From contig CAZHDZ010000001.1 of NCBI GenBank assembly GCA_964531275.1, forward strand, positions 144,945 to 208,944: a stretch of DNA of 64,000 nt, written 5' to 3'. Below are positions 59,177 to 64,000 of this stretch, one piece after another. Below the pieces are notes generated by a model that was not told the origin of the DNA, did no database searches, and was given only the letters and a program-made list of their open reading frames with translations. Each line of letters starts with the position of its first letter. The stretch's first letter is position 1. Made by a program: the position numbers and the translations under genes. The stretch comes from an uncultured Gammaproteobacteria bacterium. Its GTDB lineage: Bacteria > Patescibacteriota > Microgenomatia > Levybacterales > GWA1-39-11.

Positions 59177-60258
59177 AGGTTGTAATTTTTGCGGGTGGTG
59201 TTGGGACACGTTTGTGGCCTTTATCTAGAAAAAGTGCTCCTAAACAGTTTGAGAAAATTGTAGGAGATCAGTCAATGCTTCAGATTGCAGTAGCGAAACT
59301 TTTTCCTGAGTTCTCTTGGAATGATATTTATATATCTACAGGGACGCATTATGAGTCAATCGTTAGGGAGCAGCTTCCACAGCTTCCTGCAGAGAATATT
59401 CTCATTGAACCTGAAATGCGTGACGTTGGTCCTGCAGTAGGTCTTGTTACAGCACTTTTTGCTAAAAGATTTCCAAATGAACCCTTTGCTATTCTTTGGG
59501 GAAGCGACCATCTTGTAAAAAACGAAGAAGAATTTAGGCGCGCACTTCGCTCTGCTGAGCAAATTGTTAATGAAAACCAAGAAACAATAGTTTTTGTGGG
59601 CCAGAAGCCACGCTTTGCAAATCAGAACTTAGGATATATTGAATTTGGAAAAGAAATTGGTACATATAATGATTTGCCCGTTTTTTCCTTTACTGGTTTT
59701 CAGTATCGTCCCCACTTATCAACGGCAGAGCGTTTTGTAAAAGATGGTCATCACGCATGGAATCTCGGTTATTTTGTTACTACTCCCCAATTTTTATGGA
59801 GCCTTTTTGAAAGATATGCAGGAGATCTACATGTTCAATTGAGACAAATTTATGATGCGTCAGACACTCCTCAATATCAAGAGGTTCTTATGAATATTTA
59901 CCCACAAATCGAGAAAATTTCTTTTGATAATGCAATATTAGAAAAGATGGATGTAAGCTATGGGCGAGTATTATCAGTTGATATAGGGTGGAGCGATATT
60001 GGTGCTTGGGAAGCGTTGAAAGAGGCGTTGAGTAATTCTCAAGAAGAAAATGTTACAAAAGGAAAGGTAATGGTTGAGGATTCTTCTGATAGCTTAGTCT
60101 TTAACTATACGAACCAACTCGTAGTTGGAATAGATCTACAAGGGTATCTTGTTATAAATACAGACGATGTTGTTCTTGTCTGTCCAAAGGATTCTGTTCC
60201 AAAAATAAAGAAGCTTGTAGAAAGTCTTTCAGGCACAGAACACGAATCCCTTACGTAG
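59173..60258 (+). CDS. manC: Mannose-1-phosphate guanylyltransferase (no PMI cupin domain)
   Basis: AGGVGTRLWPLSR...PKQF, EP..RD.GPA, SDH, GYI, ISFDNAILEK and GWSDIGAW motifs. Confidence 0.85.
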   Translation: MKVVIFAGGVGTRLWPLSRKSAPKQFEKIVGDQSMLQIAVAKLFPEFSWNDIYISTGTHYESIVREQLPQLPAENILIEPEMRDVGPAVGLVTALFAKRFPNEPFAILWGSDHLVKNEEEFRRALRSAEQIVNENQETIVFVGQKPRFANQNLGYIEFGKEIGTYNDLPVFSFTGFQYRPHLSTAERFVKDGHHAWNLGYFVTTPQFLWSLFERYAGDLHVQLRQIYDASDTPQYQEVLMNIYPQIEKISFDNAILEKMDVSYGRVLSVDIGWSDIGAWEALKEALSNSQEENVTKGKVMVEDSSDSLVFNYTNQLVVGIDLQGYLVINTDDVVLVCPKDSVPKIKKLVESLSGTEHESLT

Positions 60259-60260
60259 CT

Positions 60261-60899
60261 ATGATGTATGATGTATCAAAACGCCTGCTTGATATTATCA
60301 TTTCGATAATTGCTCTCATTATTTTTTCCCCAATAATTTTACTTACTGCAATAGCAATTAAACTTAATACGAAAGGCCCGCTTTTAGCAGATACACCTCC
60401 TCGTGTAGGTGAGGGTGGTCATTCTTTTAGAATGTATAAATTCCGTTCAATGGTGGCAAATGCTCATGGAATGCTAACTTCTGACCCTAAGTTTAAAAGC
60501 CTTTTGGACGAATATAAGAAGGGTGGATACAAACTAAAGGGAGATCCACGCATAACCTCCGTTGGTAAATTTATTAGAAAGTATTCTCTTGATGAGATCC
60601 CTCAGTTTGTAAATGTTCTAAGGGGAGATATGAGTGTTGTGGGGCCACGCGCTTATTATCAAGATGAATTACGAGATCAGCAAAAAAAATATCCCCACAC
60701 AAGAGATGCTGTGAAAGTTGTGTTGTCTGTTAAGCCAGGAATTACCGGTGTGTGGCAGGTGTCTGGGAGAAGCGATATTAACTTTGATAAAAGAATTCAA
60801 CTCGATGCACATTATGCCAAAAAGAGATCTATTGTCTATGACGTCCTTTTGATTTTAAAAACCCCACAAGCAATGTTCTCTGGCAAAGGCGCAATGTGA
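60261..60899 (+). CDS. Small monotopic phosphoglycosyl transferase (initiating sugar transferase, WbaP/PglC family)
   Basis: KRLLDII, KFRSM, DPRITSVGKFIRKYSLDEIPQFVNVLRGDMSVVGPR and KPGITGVWQVSGR motifs. Confidence 0.93.
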   Translation: MMYDVSKRLLDIIISIIALIIFSPIILLTAIAIKLNTKGPLLADTPPRVGEGGHSFRMYKFRSMVANAHGMLTSDPKFKSLLDEYKKGGYKLKGDPRITSVGKFIRKYSLDEIPQFVNVLRGDMSVVGPRAYYQDELRDQQKKYPHTRDAVKVVLSVKPGITGVWQVSGRSDINFDKRIQLDAHYAKKRSIVYDVLLILKTPQAMFSGKGAM

Positions 60900-60939
60900 G
60901 GCTAAATGCTGGTTTTTTTATGGCGACACGGTGCAATAA

Positions 60940-60968
60940 ATGACTTTAGTTGCCTGAAGGGGTATAAT
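60940..60968 (+). promoter_or_regulatory. Sigma70-type promoter for DUF4012-recO
   Basis: ATGACT-17 nt-TATAAT in the intergenic region. Confidence 0.5.
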
Positions 60969-61059
60969 AGTTTGAATCAGTAGCGCTTCATAATAGTACC
61001 CTTGTATTGCAATCAACTTTCAAAATATGTTTAAATTAACTGTATTTTGATTATTGGAA

Positions 61060-63018
61060 ATGGCTATGGACGAAAAAGGATTTCAAAAAATTGATCTGAA
61101 TTCACGAGAAGATGCGGTAACACCTCAACCAATGGAGGATAGAGTTATGAGAAAAAAGAAAAAGTTTTCAATTAAAAATAAAAAAATCTTTATGGGGGCA
61201 GGTATTGTAGTTGCAGTACTAGTTCTTCTTGGTGCTTTCGTAGGGTTTAAGGCATTGGGAGTGTACAAGCAAGCCATGAAGACAAAAGCTCAAGCAAGCG
61301 TTGCTTTCGCTAAATTGAAGGAGCAAGACATTGCTGGAGGACGAGAAGAATTGGCAAAAACCAAAATCGAAGTTGAAAGTCTAAAGAAGGAGCTTCAGGG
61401 TATGGCCTTTCTTAAATTTGTGCCATTAGCCAGTGGTTACTTTAATGACGTAGATCACTTAGTCAAAGCTTCTACGTATGGTATTAATGCAGGTATTATT
61501 GGTGCAGATGCTTTAATTCCTTATGTTGACGTGCTTGGTCTAAAGGGTAAGGGTACATTTACGGGTGGCACAGCCCAAGACAGAATCAGAACCGCAGTTC
61601 AAACAATGGGTAAGGTTGTTCCACAGATAGATAGTATTGAGAAGGAATTGGTAAGTGCTCAAAAAGAAATCGACCAGGTTGACCCGGGACATTATCCTCC
61701 TATTGGAAAAGTAAAAAAGGTGCGTGAGCAGCTCCAGCAAGTAAAGGATATTACAAATGGCGCAGTAATTGCGGTCGGCCAGGGAAAACCACTTATCAAA
61801 TCATTGCCATCGCTTCTGGGTGAAAAAGAAGGAAAGAAGTACTTATTATTGTTCCAAAATGACGCTGAGTTGAGACCTACTGGAGGATTTTTGACTTACT
61901 ACGCAATTTTTAGGGTAGAAGAAGGAGATATAAAAGTAGATAGCTCATCCGATATCTACAATCTTGATAACAGCATCTCTGCTCATCCAGCTCCTTCATC
62001 AATCATTAAGCAATACTTCCCTAGTGTTAAGAGTGCTTTCATTAGGGACAGTAACCTTTCCCCTGATTTTGTTGTTGCGATGAAAGATTTTGAATCGCTT
62101 TATGAAAAGTCTTCGCTTAAAAATGACGTTGATGGCATTATTGCAATCAACACCCACTTTTTTGTTAATATCATAAAAATTTTAGGAGAGGTTGAGGCTT
62201 CAGGACTTAAATTCACTGCAGAAAATGAGCCAAAATGTAACTGTCCGTCAGTTGTATACACCCTTGAGAATGAAATTTCTCGTCCTGTTAACTATGTGAA
62301 GACTAATAGAAAAGGTCTTATTGGAGACTTGATGTTTGCAACTCTGGATAAGGCTCTTAAATCATCGCCAAAGCTTTATTGGGGACAACTTTTCCAGCAA
62401 TTTATTGTTGATGCAAATGAGAAGAATATTATGTTCCACTTATATGACAAAGAAGCACAAAAAGGAATTGAAGCATTGAATTGGGCAGGTAGGGTAAGTG
62501 ATTTTAATGGAGACTATATGTACATAAATGACGCTAACTTTGGAGGACAGAAATCAAACCTTTTCGTTGAAAAGACTTTGACGGTAGATTACACCGTAAG
62601 CAATGGTGAAATTAAGAAGAAGGTAACTATTGAATATAAGAACCCAATGCCATACTCTGACTGTAATTTAGAAAGAGGAGGGCTTTGCCTTAATGCAACA
62701 TTAAGGAATTATCAAAGAATGCTAGTTACCAAAGGAAGTGTTTTGGATAACTCGAAAGGATCACAGGTTAAGGTTGGCACATCAGAAGATCTTGGCAAAA
62801 CTGTATTTGATGCCTTTTTCACGGTTAACCCTCTTGGAAAAGCTTCTATGACTTATGAGTATACACTGCCATTTAAAACAACTGATAAGACTCTTCCTGT
62901 TTATATCCAAAAGCAGCCAGGTGTTGACAATATTCCTACAACGATAACGGTAAATGGCAAGAAAGTACAAACCTTCGACCTCAGAGCAGATAAGAAGCTC
63001 GACCTTTCCGGATTCTAA
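61060..63018 (+). CDS. DUF4012 domain membrane-anchored protein (LCP-like motifs)
   Basis: Basic N-terminus, single TM and helical stalk; YLLLFQNDAELRPTGGF, RDSNLSPDF, DGIIAI, NFGGQKSN and QKQPG motifs typical of DUF4012. Start is 61054, 61060 or 61066. Confidence 0.8.
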   Translation: MAMDEKGFQKIDLNSREDAVTPQPMEDRVMRKKKKFSIKNKKIFMGAGIVVAVLVLLGAFVGFKALGVYKQAMKTKAQASVAFAKLKEQDIAGGREELAKTKIEVESLKKELQGMAFLKFVPLASGYFNDVDHLVKASTYGINAGIIGADALIPYVDVLGLKGKGTFTGGTAQDRIRTAVQTMGKVVPQIDSIEKELVSAQKEIDQVDPGHYPPIGKVKKVREQLQQVKDITNGAVIAVGQGKPLIKSLPSLLGEKEGKKYLLLFQNDAELRPTGGFLTYYAIFRVEEGDIKVDSSSDIYNLDNSISAHPAPSSIIKQYFPSVKSAFIRDSNLSPDFVVAMKDFESLYEKSSLKNDVDGIIAINTHFFVNIIKILGEVEASGLKFTAENEPKCNCPSVVYTLENEISRPVNYVKTNRKGLIGDLMFATLDKALKSSPKLYWGQLFQQFIVDANEKNIMFHLYDKEAQKGIEALNWAGRVSDFNGDYMYINDANFGGQKSNLFVEKTLTVDYTVSNGEIKKKVTIEYKNPMPYSDCNLERGGLCLNATLRNYQRMLVTKGSVLDNSKGSQVKVGTSEDLGKTVFDAFFTVNPLGKASMTYEYTLPFKTTDKTLPVYIQKQPGVDNIPTTITVNGKKVQTFDLRADKKLDLSGF

Positions 63019-63024
63019 TCTTGT

Positions 63025-63558
63025 ATGACATATCTTTCCGATATTGGCTTTGTAATAAGACGCGTTAACCTGGGCGAAGCTGATAGATTCGTTACTATTT
63101 TTACCCAAAACAATGGTAAGGTTGAAGTGCTTGCGAAAGGTGTAAGAAAGATTACAAGTAAAAGATCCTCTCACATTGAGCTTCTCAATCTGGTGCGTTT
63201 TCATTCAGTCAAAACTTCAAAAAACTTCATCCTTACAGAAGTTGAGCTAATGGATTCATATGAAGGAAGAAAAGCAGATTTAAAGCAATGCGAGATTGCA
63301 TTTTTTGTTTGCGAGTTGATAGACAACTTGTGCCCTCATGGGCAAGTTAGTTCGGAGCTCTTCTCCGTTGTTATTAGATTTTTAAAGCGCGGTGAGCATG
63401 ACGATGAGGCACTTTTGGAATTTGAGACACAGATTCTTTCAATTTTAGGGTACTGGAATGTTGAGAAGAAATTTAGCAACGAAGAAGAGTCACGGATTTT
63501 CATAGAATCTTTGATTGAGAAAAAGATGAAGTCACGGATAATTGGCAATTTCTCCTAA
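63025..63558 (+). CDS. recO: DNA repair protein RecO (short form)
   Basis: GFVIRRVNLGEADRFVTIFT..GKV..LAKGVRKITSK is the RecO OB-fold N-terminus; lies next to glyQS. Confidence 0.88.
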   Translation: MTYLSDIGFVIRRVNLGEADRFVTIFTQNNGKVEVLAKGVRKITSKRSSHIELLNLVRFHSVKTSKNFILTEVELMDSYEGRKADLKQCEIAFFVCELIDNLCPHGQVSSELFSVVIRFLKRGEHDDEALLEFETQILSILGYWNVEKKFSNEEESRIFIESLIEKKMKSRIIGNFS

Positions 63559-63568
63559 GCAATATCTG

Positions 63569-63577
63569 TGATACAAT
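63569..63577 (+). promoter_or_regulatory. Extended -10 promoter for leaderless glyQS
   Basis: TG-a-TACAAT, 8 nt before the ATG at 63586. Confidence 0.5.
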
Positions 63578-63585
63578 AGCCTCAA

Positions 63586-64000
63586 ATGGAAAATAATTCC
63601 CTACAAAAAATTGTTGCCCTTGCAAAGCGTCGTGGATTTATCTACCCCGGATCTGAAATATATGGGGGAGTTGCAAACACATATGATTACGGTCCAGTTG
63701 GGGCTGAACTGATGCGTAACATTCGGACATTATGGTGGGAGACCTTTGTACATAGGAGACGAGATATAGTGGGGCTGGACGCCTCTCTTATTTCCCACCA
63801 GGAGGTTTGGAAGTCGTCTGGTCATACTGCTGGTTTTGCTGATGCTTTAATTGACTGCAGGAATTGTAAGCTTAGAATGCGCGCAGATCATCTGATTGAG
63901 GATTGGCTTGAGAAGAACGCAAAAGATTTTATAGAGAAACAGCCTTCGACAAATAAAATTGAAAAAGAAGAGCTTTCAAGCGCTTTATCTTCAGGTAAAG
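63586..64000 (+). CDS. glyQS: Glycine--tRNA ligase, alpha2 (homodimeric) type, N-terminal part (runs off the window)
   Basis: Translated by hand: [39 protein letters not shown]...VWKSSGH...DCRNCK.R.RADHLIE. Missing from the ORF track because it has no stop in the window. Confidence 0.93.
   Translation, partial: MENNSLQKIVALAKRRGFIYPGSEIYGGVANTYDYGPVGAELMRNIRTLWWETFVHRRRDIVGLDASLISHQEVWKSSGHTAGFADALIDCRNCKLRMRADHLIEDWLEKNAKDFIEKQPSTNKIEKEELSSALSSGK

Noticed and set aside
60900-60925. T-run after the sugar transferase as an intrinsic terminator
   Set aside because: No convincing GC-rich stem precedes it.
1-64000. CRISPR array, tRNA/rRNA, IS, integrase, prophage or DGR
   Set aside because: Intergenic gaps are all under about 160 nt, with no periodic repeats and no transposase, integrase or reverse transcriptase motifs.
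1-64000. Alternative genetic code (TGA as Gly, as in Gracilibacteria and Absconditabacteria)
   Set aside because: Long ORFs are intact under code 11, and TGA ends many genes in ATGA overlaps.

Overview
AT-rich, very gene-dense bacterial window read with the standard code (TGA is used as a stop). About 61 kb (1-60899) is one giant cell-surface glycosylation locus, almost all on the + strand and coupled by overlapping stop/start codons. It holds about 18 polytopic GT-C-type membrane glycosyltransferase genes or domains (YfhO-like, PMT/ArnT-like, GT87-like, AftD-like), about 10 GT2 and 8 GT4 soluble glycosyltransferase domains, a Wzx flippase and an O-antigen ligase/polymerase fused to a GT-C domain. 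It also holds galE, manC, a small initiating phosphoglycosyl transferase, two PLP sugar enzymes (one SpsC/ArnB-like aminotransferase, one ColD-like His-type dehydratase), GNAT and hexapeptide acetyltransferases and two SAM methyltransferases. The locus ends at a DUF4012 protein with LCP-like motifs, followed by recO and the start of an alpha2-type glycyl-tRNA ligase. Gene content (DUF5652, DUF4012-recO-glyQS, many GT-Cs, short or leaderless promoters) suggests Patescibacteria (CPR), probably Microgenomates; this is inference. No rRNA, tRNA, CRISPR array or mobile element was seen. All family calls come from motif recognition by eye, not database searches.
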